From positions 165,044,001 through 165,108,000 of the forward strand of contig OZ024741.1 in assembly GCA_964016885.1 (NCBI GenBank): DNA of 64,000 nt. Reading direction: 5' to 3'. The notes beneath the pieces were generated by a model. That model was given only the letters and a program-made list of their open reading frames with translations, ran no database searches and was not told the origin of the DNA. Every line of letters begins with the position of its first letter. Within the stretch, counting starts at the first letter, position 1. Below, one piece after another: positions 40,234-52,919 of the stretch. Position numbers and translations under genes: made by a program. The stretch comes from Eledone cirrhosa (Eukaryota).

Positions 40234-40298
40234 TATTTTATCTGATGAAAGCGCACCAAGATTTGCTTGGTCGCCCTTGAAATATATATAATAAAATA
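40234..40298 (+). ncRNA. Minimal type I hammerhead ribozyme
   Basis: Stem I tattttat (40234-41) / ataaaata (40291-98) is a perfect 8 bp. Core CTGATGA at 40242-48; stem II aagcgcaccaag-atttg-cttggtcgccctt; GAAA at 40279-82; palindromic TATATA stem III; UA with predicted cleavage after 40290. Confidence 0.82.
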
Positions 40299-40339
40299 AA
40301 TATGGTTTTATAAATATAGTTTCCATTTATTATTATCTT

Positions 40340-40398
<59 letters not shown>

Positions 40399-40724
40399 AT
40401 GTATGCATGCATGTGTGTGTGTGTGTATATATGCATAAGTGTGTATGTATATACACTTATGACAATACATGCTCTTACATACACATAGAAACATATACCC
40501 CCATACAAACTATTACATACATCACAATCAAGGTGCCAACCAATACACAAACATGTTAATTTGTGGAATGGATAACATCAAAGAATTCCTCAGTTCCAAT
40601 TCACTTAAAAGGCAATTTCACTTCTCTTCTTTCAATCACATTTTTTTTTAATATTATATTTTAACATTTTTTCCTCCTTCTCCTTCCCTTCCTCCTCCTG
40701 CTATGTTGTTATTGTTTTTGCGAT

Positions 40725-40898
40725 TACTACTACTACTACTACAACTACTATCACTACTACCACTACCACCAAGACTACTACCACTATTATTACCACTACT
40801 ACCACCACCATTACTACTACTACTACTACTACTATTACAACTACTATCACTACCACCACTAGTACTACTAGCACTACTGCTTCTACAACTACCACTAC

Positions 40899-40930
<32 letters not shown>
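40725..40930. repeat. Degenerate (CTA)/(CCA)/(TTA)n trinucleotide tract
   Basis: Directly visible. Confidence 0.9.
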
Positions 40931-40934
<4 letters not shown>

Positions 40935-41057
40935 AATCCTGCCAAGGTTAACTTTGCCTTTCATCCTTACGGGGTCGATAAAATAAAGTACCAGTAATGC
41001 ACTGGGTAATTGCTGGCCTTGTGCCAAAAGTAGAAACAATTATTATTATTATTATTA
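40931..41057 (+). mobile_element. 5'-truncated tRNA-derived SINE between (ATT)n runs
   Basis: Starts inside the B box (ttcaaatcc); core and 3' end are intact. Confidence 0.9.
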
Positions 41058-41589
41058 TTTTTTCATCATCATCATTATTTAACCTCCGTTGAATATTATT
41101 ATTATTTTTCATTGCTATTTTGTTGCTAATTTAAAAATAAAAAAAAATGTTTTTCTTAATATTTGAAATGCAATTTATTTTCCTGTTCTGCAAAAATGGT
41201 TATTTAGCTTGTGGAATGGGTGATCAGCAGTCACAAAAAAAAAACAAAAACAAAAAAAAAATACAGAAAAAAAAAAAAAAAATGATGTCTAACGACAAGG
41301 TATAACTTGGAAGTATAACCAATATATCTCTCCCAGTTAACTATTCACAACACATCGATACAAGAATAAGATCACACCAATACTGTTATCAATGTAACAT
41401 GTACCACTTCACATCCAAGTGTGCATGAATGGAGTATCTCACACACACTCAACTGTTTGTATGTGTATTCATACATTTATTAACTTTCAGAATAAGTACA
41501 CTGTATCACTGCATATTGTAAGAAGCAATTAAAATGGTTGCCATCAGAAAGAGTATACTCGTGCAAAATACTGCCTCAAAAAGATGTAT

Positions 41590-41814
41590 TTAACCCTTTA
41601 GCATTTGCATTACTCTATATTTACTATTGTGTTTCGTTGTTAAAACTTTATCTCACATAATTATCTCATATATTAAATCTATGAGATTTTGATATTATTT
41701 ATTTTGAGAACAATACCTTAACATCGGTATGAGTGGTCGGTTACGGCTGATTTAAACAGAAAGAGTTGAGAGGATTCTGGCCGAATATGGCTGGTTTAAA
41801 TGCTAAAGGGTTAA
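41590..41814 (-). mobile_element. piggyBac-like MITE family A
   Basis: TTAA|ccctttagcattt ... aaatgctaaaggg|TTAA; internal sequence reversed relative to the 10115 copy. Confidence 0.9.
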
Positions 41815-42287
41815 CCCATGCCAGCATGAAAGAGCTGAGCTAAAGATAAGGATGATAATAAAAAATTTCCTAATTCACTCTAAATTCATGACATCTTTAG
41901 GTAATAGCTTATATATCATCATAATCATCATTATCATCACTCTTTAAAATCCATTTTTTCATGCTAGCATGGGTGAGACGAGCTGTACCATTGTGAGAAA
42001 GGTCAGATCAGATGACCATGACTTGCTCATAGAGAATTGACCAACTCTGCATATGTTAATTCCTTTTAAAATAAAAAAAAATGTTTTTCCCTAGCTGGTA
42101 CTGGTCATAACTTACATAGTAAACTTTATACTTGCACTGGTAATCACCTCCCTTAGCAAACCATACTCCTTTCACAGTGTTTACACTGTTAACATTTAAA
42201 TTTACTATGTAAGGTGATGTAAAACATTTATTTAACCCTTTTAGGGTCTGTAATTAAAAACCTTTTTAGAAATATCCAAAATAAAAA

Positions 42288-42425
42288 TTAACGTATGTTG
42301 ATGCCCTAAGGACAGACACTGGTCTGTTGGAGACGCAGGACATGGCAGCGATAATGAGGGACAGAGACCGCTGGAGAGAACTCGTCCATGGATCTCGGGA
42401 ATTTTACCCGCCTTAGAATAGAAGA
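42288..42425 (+). mobile_element. RTE LINE 3' terminal fragment (different subfamily)
   Basis: Translates as TYVDALRTDTGLLETQDMAAIMRDRDRWRELV. Confidence 0.7.
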
Positions 42426-42448
42426 ATTAAAAACTTTGCTTGTAATAT

Positions 42449-42492
42449 CTATCTCAGATGAGCCCCATTGGGTGAAACATGTGTAAGAGCTT
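42449..42492 (+). ncRNA. Degenerate minimal hammerhead in a probable Penelope-like terminal repeat (~42430-42710)
   Basis: tct CAGATGA gccc-catt-gggt GAAA c-atgt-g TA aga. The core has U4 changed to A, and only 3 bp of stem I remain. Confidence 0.5.
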
Positions 42493-42705
42493 TATAAAGA
42501 TATGTTTTAACAGCTTGTAACTCTTTCATTAATTATTTTGCTTATAACTGCTCTGCTTAACCTTACGTTAAATATTAACTTTCTCTAATATTTAACTCTG
42601 ATAACCCAAGCATTGAGCACTTATGCATCCGCTTTTGGCATGTAATATTCTGTATCGCACCTCTCTATACCTCTTCTTTCTATCCTCTTTTATGATACTG
42701 TAACC

Positions 42706-42765
<60 letters not shown>

Positions 42766-43844
42766 GTTTAATTCAGTCATGCTTTCATTTACTGAATACC
42801 TTAAATGAAAATGTCTCCATCATGCCTTTCAATTTCATGTTGAAAATCAATTTTTTTCTTTTCTGATCTTATGAGGTGGGAAATGATGCCAAGTGAACTC
42901 TAAATTAGAACTGGGAATGCAGAAAGACAAAACTGTTGTTGTAATATAATTGTTTTTTCTCAGGTATTCCAAGCAAGGCCATCTCATTCTCTCTTTTTTT
43001 ACTTTTAACATAATATAATGATTTAGCAAAATCATCATCGTCATCATTGTTTAACATGAATTTTTCGATGCTGGCATGGGTTGGACGAGTTATCCTGTTG
43101 TGAGCAATGCTAGGTCAGTTGACTATGTCCTGCTCATATAGAACCGATGTTTATATCTTTATGATACCTTAAATGTTTATAATATCTTTACTAGTGGACA
43201 GATAATTGGGAAAATCCACAATATTTCAGTAAAAATTTTAATTTTTAATATGATGCTGACATAATAATGCTTTGTACTTTTCAAGAATATCTTGCTATTA
43301 CAATTTATGTGGCACAGGATGTTAAAATTCAAAGCTATTCTTCTATAATTTGAGGGACATTTTGATTGTTATTTCTAGTCGACAAAGTGTTCATGTTGGC
43401 AAAACTGAAATTTACACTAACACTGCTGTTTGTGCCAATTCAGTGCCATTTCCAAATCTCTAAAAATGAAATTTAATTTTACAGTACTGTAAACTGTCCA
43501 CATATTCTAAACACACCCACACACAGATACATATAAATTCACATAGTCAAAGACTATAATAAAAACGAAATTTTAATCAAAATGAAAAATTTTAATTAAT
43601 TTTTATCGATAATTCTTTAAAACTTGTTCTAACAATGTAAAATGTTAGAAATATCCAAAATAAAAATTTACAAAACTAATTTAAAAAACAAACAAAAAAA
43701 ATTGTTCTCCCTTCTTCAAAGATAATATAATTTTTTTTATTCAATAGATTATTCAAAAATTGTTTCTAAATCAGTAAATATGCTTAAGTTATATCGAAAT
43801 ATCTTTATCTTGCAGATGTTATAGTGAGTGTGTACAGATGTAAC

Positions 43845-43899
<55 letters not shown>

Positions 43900-43925
43900 C
43901 TATAATAATAATAATAATAATAATA
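43845..43925. repeat. (ATG)n followed by (ATA)n microsatellite
   Basis: Directly visible. Confidence 0.95.
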
Positions 43926-45242
43926 AGGCAACAGAATTTAATAAGGAGAGAAAATGTTTTGTTTAAGTTTTGTGCTCCATAATAATCCTTTTTAAAAAAA
44001 AAACAAAAAACATACTTTTCAACAGATCTCTTAAGTTCTTAAGATGGACATTTAATATCACACCCACCCACTCCATCTGCCACCACACCATCATTCTAAC
44101 TGGTTTACATGCAATATGTTCCTGGATATAAAAAAAAAACAGTATAAAGCTGCTTTCATATTTTAATACTTTTTATATCTCATTTCTTTTTGTCTTGTTT
44201 TTGTTGTTCTTTAAATCTCATATCTCTTTTTCAAGAGCTCTTGTGTTTTTCAAGTATTTTACTGATAACTCTTTGATATCTTACAGATACATCCAACAAT
44301 CAAGTCTTCTTTACACATGAAAATGTTTTAAGTATTATTACATGGTTTAAATGAAGTACACGATAGAGTCAGTACACGATAGAGGTTTCACTGTGGATCT
44401 TGAAGTTTCCCAAAATATAAAGTGTGTATTAAATAACTGCAAGTTTAAATGTTTTAAACTTTTCATTACTATATTTCTAATGAAAGACACCAACTATTAT
44501 TTTTAAATAATTTTGAAGCTATTCTTTGGAACATTTCTTAAAACATATTAGTTAAGAACATAATAAAAAAAATTGGAGAGATTTAGTAATATAATCAATT
44601 TTGTCATTTTCTAGTTGGAATATAACTTATGTATAATTATGATGGAAGGCTTTTAGATAAATAAATAGTTTTGTATTGCAGAACCAGGGATAGTTTCAAG
44701 CATTCTGATATCAAAAGGATGAAGAAAAGTTGAAATAAAAATTATGATGGAAGGTTTTTTAGATAAATATAGACACTTCAAAACACATTTTTTTTAATGA
44801 CAGAATCAGAAGCAGTTTCAAGCAGTTTGGTATGAAAAATTTTAAATCTTTCAGAGAGAAAAATATATGCCTTCTGAATAGTTTTGTGTTAACAATTTAC
44901 TGATATCCCCAAATACACCTTCAAATATGAAATGCTAAGTCACTCATAACAGTTTTAAACAGAAACACCATACACCTATCTTGATATATAAGTTTATAGT
45001 ATGGCTCTTTACTAGGAAGGAACTTTAATTGCTCTAAAATGCTGGTATTATGGCATTAACCCATTTGATACCAAACTCCTTGAACCTCTCCTTTATCTAA
45101 ACACCTGCCATCATATTTTTATGTAAGAGCCTTTGTTAATTTATGTTCCAAATACCAACTTATTAATGAGAAAGTTATATTACTAAATTCCTCCAAAATC
45201 CTTCATTATTTAAAAATTATTTGAAAATCATAAACAGTATCT

Positions 45243-46063
45243 TTAACCATTTAGCCTTTACACTACTCTCATCATCATCACCGTTTTACGTCCGTTCTTC
45301 CACGCTAGCATGGGTTAGACGGGTTGTCCTGTTGTGGGCAGTGTCTGGTCGGCTGACCATGCCTTGCTCATACAGGAACTGATCTGGCTTGATTTCTACA
45401 GCTGGATACCCTTCCTAACACCAACCTCATTTACAGTGAGTGCTGGGTGCTTTTTCGTGGCGCCTACACGTCCACTTTACAGTGTGGGCTGGGTGCTTTT
45501 TTGCCGTGGCACCTCCACGACTACCTTGCAGTGGGAGGGTGTGGGGGCATATTGTCTATATGCTTCAGCTTGTACCCATGGGAGGTCGGGTACTCTGTAT
45601 TACTGCGTGACGCCAGAAGTCACGGTCGTGTGTCATTGCCTTTGAGAGGTGTAATTGGGTAAGGTCGGCTTTTATCACCTCATCCCAGGTCATCTTGGGT
45701 CTCCCCACTCCGCGGTTTCCATCAACTTCTAGTGCTCTGCACCTTTTTATGCAGCTGTCATCCTTCATACGCATCACATGTCCATACCAGCGCAACCGCC
45801 TCTCCTGCACACAGCATTTGTTTCCTCTTATGCTCAGTCTCTCTCTCAATTCATTTATGCTATATATACTATTGTATTTTCACAGTAAAGGCTTTACCTC
45901 ACTTAATTATCTCACATAATATTGAATCTATGAGATTTTAATATTATTCATGTTAAGAACAATACCTTAACATTAGTATGGGTGGCAAATTACAGCCAGT
46001 TTGAACAGAAAGAGGTGAGAGAATTATGTCCAGATTTGGCCAGTTTAAATTCTAAAGGGTTAA
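45243..46063 (-). mobile_element. piggyBac-like MITE family A split by an RTE LINE 3' fragment
   Basis: TTAA|ccatttagccttta at 45243; the MITE body resumes at ~45861 and ends aattctaaaggg|TTAA. Confidence 0.85.
45270..45860 (-). mobile_element. RTE LINE 3' fragment (sister subfamily of the 16224 element)
   Basis: ORF 45565-45849 reads ERRLRWYGHVMRMKDDSCIKRC..GRPKMTW..DRDFWR, followed by a 3'UTR and (GAT)n. The same 3'UTR recurs at ~50905-51180. Confidence 0.9.
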
Positions 46064-46945
46064 CTAGAAATATGTAAACAAAAAGATTAAATGAATATGA
46101 GATATATCATCTCCTGAACCTGAGATCTAATGATTGCAAAGTGAGCTCCTTAAACATTTGGCCATGCTACACCCACTATATAGTGACTGGTGGTATGCTA
46201 TACTGTAGAATATATCTATAGAGGTTTTTTGCCAATACAGTATGTATAGGCAGATGTAAACACTTTGCAATAGTATGTTATACAGTAAATAGCATCAATA
46301 TTTCTTCTAAATCACTCTCTTTTGATACTTCATATTAAACAAAAAAGCAAAAAGCACAAAAAAAAACCCCCAGTTATCTTGAAAACAATGAGAAGGCATC
46401 ATTGGATTATATAGTCCTAGATACACTGTGCCTGGTTAAAAAAGATAACATATCCCCTATATATCTTAGTTTTTAGAAGAGTTACACTATATTCCTGAGT
46501 GTTATTTGATTCAATTAACCCATTTGTGAGCATATTTCTAACGAAATACACTATTCCATTTACTTACTGTAGAAGTTTTAAGGGTTTACTAACATAATAA
46601 CTTCACAAAGATAGTAACCTAACATATGGTTCTTATATGAGATTAGGTTGGAATTTTTTAAATTTAAATGGAAACCCCTCAAAATGGGTGATTCTGTTCT
46701 ATAAAAGAGCTAGTTTTCACTGTGTTGGTATCAGCAAGGGTAACCAACCTCAAATCACTGACACAAAGAATCCCATCAAACCCATGCAAGAATGGAGGAA
46801 CATATGTAAAAACAATGTTTCTGCTGCTAATGATGATGATGATGCCAATAACAGTATTGGTGGTGGTGGTGATGATGATGGCATGAATTAGTCATGGTTG
46901 GAATGCCTTTGATCACAGATCTGCATGATCAAGGTTGATTTGGGA

Positions 46946-47167
46946 TTAATCCTTTAACATTTACATTACTCAATATTTACTATAGTATTTTTGTGCTAAA
47001 GGCTTTATCTTACATAATTTCTCACATATCAAATCTATAAGATTTTGATATTTATTTTGAGAATAATACCTTAACATAAGTATGAGTGGCCAGTTACAGC
47101 TGGTTTGAACAGAAAGAGGTGAGGGAATTCTAGCCAGATATGGCTGGTTTAAATGCTAAAGGGTTAA
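46946..47167 (-). mobile_element. piggyBac-like MITE family A
   Basis: TTAA|tcctttaacattt ... aaatgctaaaggg|TTAA. Confidence 0.88.
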
Positions 47168-47629
47168 ACAATGACAAGTGGGTCAATGATGTTCTTTACG
47201 GTATCTTCTTGGTCTCATTCATATAGAAAGTGTCATCCTATCCCAATATACTAACAAATATTCTGGGGATTGGATTGATTGTTTAGTCAATCCATCTCCA
47301 TTGCTCTTAGAGTCAGGGTTAAGTAGTTCACTTTACAATCACATCATTTCAGATTGCATTCTGACGTATGATGCATTGCGCTTGTATCATCTATTATAAC
47401 TTCAAACTCACTAATACCTTGAAAATAAATTTGGTAGATAGCAATTAAACTAACCCCACCAAAAATTAAGTGTAAAGTTTGTCCTAAGCCCAGATGCACA
47501 TCAAGCCTGCGCTTATCCCAGTTTCATTGGCATTAAGTCACTGAAAGCAGAAGAATCTTCCTCTGAACTGCTTGTCCATTGTAAAGTTTAACCCTCTACA
47601 GCTGTACTCATTTTCAGCTTAGTCGATTG

Positions 47630-47965
47630 GAGCAACACCCGTGGATATGCTTACAAAATCAGAAAACATTACAGCTCCCATGACTTTCAGGAACATTTTT
47701 TCATGCTCAGAGTTGCTGAAGCATGGATCAAACTACCTGCATCAGTTGTTAGCTGTTGGGACACTGCATACTTCAAAACTTCCATCAACACTACACCTGA
47801 TATTCTCCCTCCATACACATGTATACATGTGTCTGTGTGTATATCATGGCTCATACACTGTTCACTTTCCTGAGATTTGTACATTATCTATGTACTATAC
47901 CTACATCTTTGATAAGTTGTAGTGCACCTGAGCACTGTACACAGTAATTTTCATTATTACTATAA
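47630..47965 (+). mobile_element. CR1-clade LINE 3' fragment
   Basis: Matches the reverse complement of 36550-36870 (acagctcccatgactttcag..catgctcagagttgc..gtgcacctgagcactgtac). Confidence 0.85.
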
Positions 47966-49021
47966 TTTGATATTAGGAAACCAACAAAACCCAAATGAAT
48001 ATGATTAGTTATTGAGATTAGTGAACATTGTCAAACATAATGAAGACAAGCAGTGTTGGTGTAGATGATAAAATATTAGAGTGATTATGTTGTGGTATCT
48101 AAGTGGCTTGCTTTTTCTGGGGTCAAACATTCCTTTACAAACTTGTCCTTGGACTTCCAATCAAAACAAATGAATAATCAATATTAATTACAGGTGCCTG
48201 CAGCTCTATTTCAATTATTGATTTAAGTCATTTGAATTCACATTATGTAGCTAATGGCTTCAGCAAAATATGAAGCTTAGAATGTTTACCATCTTTCAAC
48301 AATGTTGTGCTCGATCAAATTATATCTATTGACAAAACTGTGGTACAAAGCAAAGGAAGCTTCCATCAAACTGAGAATGTGACATTATTGAAGTAATTTC
48401 TCTTGGGTTATGAATTGTTGTTTCTAATATATACACATATTCCAGAATTTAGAGGATGAAGGGTTAACAAATATGTAAGCGAAATGCAGTCCACAGCATA
48501 TCTGAGATGTCCATGGCTCTAATTAAGTACTGACTTGGTCTGTAATGACCTGTTTGACTCTTACTAGCAGGTAAAAGAGATTTTAAATAATAATAACGAT
48601 GATCAAAATTATGATCATGCTATTGACAATGATGATGATTCACTTCAATACTTAACAGGTAGTATATCTATCAATCCCAGAAAGATAAAAGGTAAAGTTG
48701 ACTTTAAGTGATATGAACTCAGAACAATAAAGAGACAGAATAAATAGCAGCAGGTCATTTTTCTCTAACGCTGTAATGATTCTGACCTTAAGAAAGACCT
48801 CAATAACACAATCCTGTATTATTATCATCCATAAAATGGAAGCTTCATACTAATCAAATAACTGAATATTCCTTTGATTTGATTCTTCACATGGTAAATG
48901 TTTGTCCAGGACTAGCTTAATTAGTGAGATTATCTTAACGACCTTCAACACAGGAATTCAGAACAGAGAATGCCCATAATTTATCTCCCCATACTTCCTC
49001 TCTCTTTTCCAGAACAGCAGC

Positions 49022-49275
49022 AACCTGATGAATTCAGCAATGGACCCAGGTTTTATTGCCTGACAAGTTGATGAACACAAGCTGCTTTCTGATGGGTTTG
49101 TCTTTAAGCCTATAAAGAAGGAGACTTCTGGTGTTCTGAGTCCCTGAACCACTTCCCAACATACTGTTACTGGGATGGAGCTAGTCATCCACAGGAGTGA
49201 ACACAACAGGTTGGAATGACTATTTCAATGTGTCTCCCTCGCTATCCTCCGGGGTAATGCTTTCTTTATTCTACC
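49022..49275 (+). pseudogene. CRE-clade non-LTR retrotransposon restriction-like endonuclease/C-terminal remnant
   Basis: One frame with three stops: NLMNSAMDPGFIA*QVDEHKLLSDGFVFKPIKKETSGVLSP*...RLE*LFQCVSLAILRGNAFFIL, matching the CRE pattern FxPxxxETxG...WLFQRxSxAIxRGNA. Confidence 0.65.
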
Positions 49276-49543
49276 CCCAAGAACCATGAAGTACCATCTG
49301 CATAGGGATATATATATATATATATATATATACAATAATTGTTTCTACTTTTTGGCACAAGGCCAGCAATTACCCAGTGCATTACTGGTACTTTATTTTA
49401 TCGACCCCGTAAGGATGTAAGGATGAAAAGGACGATTTGTTAAGCCTTCATTACTTTTATTGATTGATGATGCGCGTTTCACTATTGATCAGCTCAAGGT
49501 TTGATCTGTATGGCCCAATTCTGGAATCAAAAGCTCGTTGGAC

Positions 49544-49578
<35 letters not shown>

Positions 49579-49899
49579 GATAGGGTGTGGTAAAAACCAG
49601 TACTCGATACTTGGGATAGTAGAATGGCTAATGTTGAAATAGCCGGAGCTCAGTCATCGGGTCTTGAATCTTTTCATACATATATATATAGGAGATGATT
49701 AAAGTGAGTCTGAAACCTGTTCATCACCGAATGATAAAAAGGCCAATATACTAATCACATATGGAAGAATACAGAGCATAAAAATTTAATGTTACCCCCG
49801 TAACATTTAAGTTGCAATGTGCATAGACAGTAATAAAATGATTTGAAGTACCTTCTTTGGTTGTCAATTGATTTGAATTATATATATATGTGACATGGC

Positions 49900-50165
49900 A
49901 AAAAGTGCCCATGAATAAAGATATTGTGAATGCTGTGATTATATAAAGTGTTTATTCATTATGATTATTTCCATGATGACCCTTAAGCAATCCAAGATGC
50001 AGTATTTGCATTTGTTGCTGATATGGGAGCAATTTCCTCAGATGAATCTGTGTTTATGTGATATGCTGCAGGTAAAAACACGGTCTTCTTCTTGTGTGCC
50101 CAGCAAGCATATGAATCCCGAAAAGTGACATCCCAGCTCACACAGATAAAGACATTTTTTATTGA
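49900..50165 (-). pseudogene. Possible second CRE-like endonuclease remnant
   Basis: CVSWDVTFRDSYA resembles the CRE motif WDxTxxDTxA; the rest is decayed. Confidence 0.3.
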
Positions 50166-50246
50166 ACAATATATATATATATATATATGTCCCACCCTTG
50201 CAAGCAGGGAAAAGCGGACGTAAAATGATGATGATGATGATGATGA

Positions 50247-50279
<33 letters not shown>

Positions 50280-50839
50280 GTATAAAAATCAATACAATAT
50301 AATTACCTCATTACCAGAGGTAATAATAAACGACTTCATTCGTTCGTCAGACGAGGCAATATATATATATATATATATAAAAGGAAAAAAATATATTTTT
50401 CTTCCTCATAATCGTCTCTTTCTCCCTGTTTTCATTTATATATATATATATATATATATGGTCCTGTAACTCCTGATAGAGTCGTAGGGACACGGTACTG
50501 ACATATAGCATTTCTTGGGTATTTTTAAGGCTGGCGGAGCACATCCGTTTCCAGGTCTGAGTAAAACAGATTTCTTTCAGAGAAAGATAGAAAGTGTCCC
50601 ACCCTTGCAAGCAGGGAAAAGAGGACGTAAAATGATGATGATGATGATGATGAGACAGAGAGGAAATGAGAAAGAGATATAGAGGATATATCGACTGGTA
50701 CTTTTTTTTTTTATCGACTCGAAAGGATGAAAAGCCAAGTTCACTTCAGCAGGATTTGAACTCCAAGAGCAGATAGCAGAAACAAATATCATAAAACATT
50801 GTATCCAACATTCTAATGACTCAGCCAAGTCACCGTCAT

Positions 50840-50898
<59 letters not shown>

Positions 50899-50904
50899 CG
50901 TACA

Positions 50905-51180
50905 TACATCATCATCACTGTTTTATGTCCGTTCTTCCACGCTAGCATGGGTTAGACGGGTTGTCCCATTGTGGGCAGTGTCAGGTCGGCTGACCTTGTC
51001 TTGCTCATACGGGAACTGATTCTGGCTTGATTTCTACAGCTGGATGCCCTTCCTAACACCAACCTCATTTACAGTGAGTGCTGGGTGCTTTTTTTTTCCG
51101 TGGCACCTACACGTCCACTTTACAGTGTGGGCTGGGTGCTTTTTTGCCGTGGCACCTCCATGACCACTGTTGCAGTGGAA
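50905..51180 (-). mobile_element. RTE 3'UTR fragment
   Basis: Near-identical to 45270-45530. Confidence 0.85.
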
Positions 51181-51316
51181 TGATAGGGACTCCAGCCCTA
51201 TCATCTCATTTCTACAACTGGAGCAATGTGAAATAAAGTGTCTTGCTCAAGGAAACACCACATCACTCGGCCCAGGAATTGCAAGGCCAATGCTCTAACC
51301 ACTAAGCCATGTGCCT

Positions 51317-51382
<66 letters not shown>

Positions 51383-51985
51383 CATCAGAAGAGGCTCACT
51401 TTAGACATATATCTGTTTTCCTTGAAATAATTATTGTAAAGAGTCAATTGGAAGTTTATCAAGTCAGACAACCGCTACATTAATCCATAGAGCATCTGAA
51501 GAAAATAACATAATATTAAAATAAAAGACTTCACACTTGACTACAGAAAAATAACCAAACAAGACCCCTTGCATGATTTCCTGTTGATTTCTAAAAGTTC
51601 TCATTATTCATGATATATTTTACCATAGTATTTACGATAGAATTTCACCGACAGAATACATATTTTCGGTGTTCATTGACTATAGACTGGTTGATTTACT
51701 CATAGTTTATTGTTGTACTCTAGATTGACTGGTTTACTCCTTGTTCATTTACTCGACTCCTGCCAACAGCAAATCAAAACTGGCTTGGAATCCTTCCAAT
51801 ATTCTGATACTTTTCAATAGTTTCTGAATGATAGTTTGTCTATACTACATTCATTTACATATGTACATGTGTATATACATAAATACATACGTACAAACAA
51901 ATATACATACAAACATACTTATATACACATAGGCTTATATATATATATATTCATCTACATATATATATATAGACATCTCTCTCTC

Positions 51986-52042
<57 letters not shown>

Positions 52043-52256
52043 CATACAGAGAGAGGGGGGGAGAAAGAGAGACAGGGGAAATGAGAGAGGGGAGGAATAG
52101 AGAGAGAAAAGAGATAATGGATGTTAAATGATGATGTATATGCATGTTTATTTCCTGCAACTGTCAACTTCTTGTTAAAGTAGTACATTAACAGCACCAA
52201 TTTCACTGCTCTTGAAAGGTCTTCAAAGATTATTGGCACAAACCATTCCTCCAAAC

Positions 52257-52442
52257 CAGTGGTTCCCAAAGTGGGTCCTGCAGAACCGAAAGGGTTCCAC
52301 AAAGGAGTGTCTGGGGTTCCATGAAAATAGGTAGAGGAGTATATTTATATTATGACTATATAACAGTATTAGACTTTGGGGTTCCCGAAAAAGTTTCTGA
52401 ACCAAAAAGGGTTCCATGTTTGAAAAAGTTTGGGAAACCCTG
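52257..52442. mobile_element. hAT (Charlie-like) MITE
   Basis: TIRs cagtggttcccaaa / tttgggaaaccctg; flanking 8-mers ctccaaac and ctgcagac (6/8 match). Confidence 0.8.
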
Positions 52443-52919
52443 CTGCAGACCAACAAATAAAATACTCTACATCCCTTTTATTACCGCAAGTTTAGAGAAG
52501 TTGTACTTTCCTAGTATTGCCAATCAAATACTCAGGCGAAGAGAAGGGCATTGTCTTTATATTGGCACAAAACAACATGGTGGGCAGGTACTGCCCTTAT
52601 GTTGGCACAGAATCACACAGATCTGGCTACCTCCATTATAATGGTACATTATCTCCTGACACTAGCACCAGAAAGGTTGCCATGGCCCCAGCAAGAGTAA
52701 ACATTCTTCACTACCCTATGTTGTTTCTGTTCATTGGAGGTAGTTGTAAATATAGCGAGTGAGAGAGAGGATAAGGGAGACAAGGTGATGTAGTAAATGA
52801 GAGAAGGTTAGGAGAGACAGGTTGAGGAGTGGAGAGAGATGGAGTGATGTGGTGAATAAAGGAAGAAGATAGGAAAATGTAATGAGTGAGAGAGGAGGGC
52901 AATGCTTGTGTTGGGGATA

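Larger units (their letters stand above)
38621..40341. mobile_element. Non-coding Penelope-like inverted element: ~300-bp arms (38711-39013 and 40025-40341) around an AT-rich spacer, bounded by (TA)n
   Basis: The arms are near-identical reverse complements and each contains a hammerhead. A ~90-bp unpaired extension lies at 38621-38710. No ORF in the spacer. Confidence 0.75.

Noticed and set aside
50460-50580. GC-richer island between microsatellites as a host exon
   Set aside because: No supportable splice pair or recognisable protein. One frame (ERNLFYSDLE) looks more like a LINE endonuclease scrap.
50335-51400. Isolated minus-strand CUGACGA (~50350) and CUGAUGA (~51389)
   Set aside because: No matching stem II-GAAA-UH follows; these are truncated or chance motifs.
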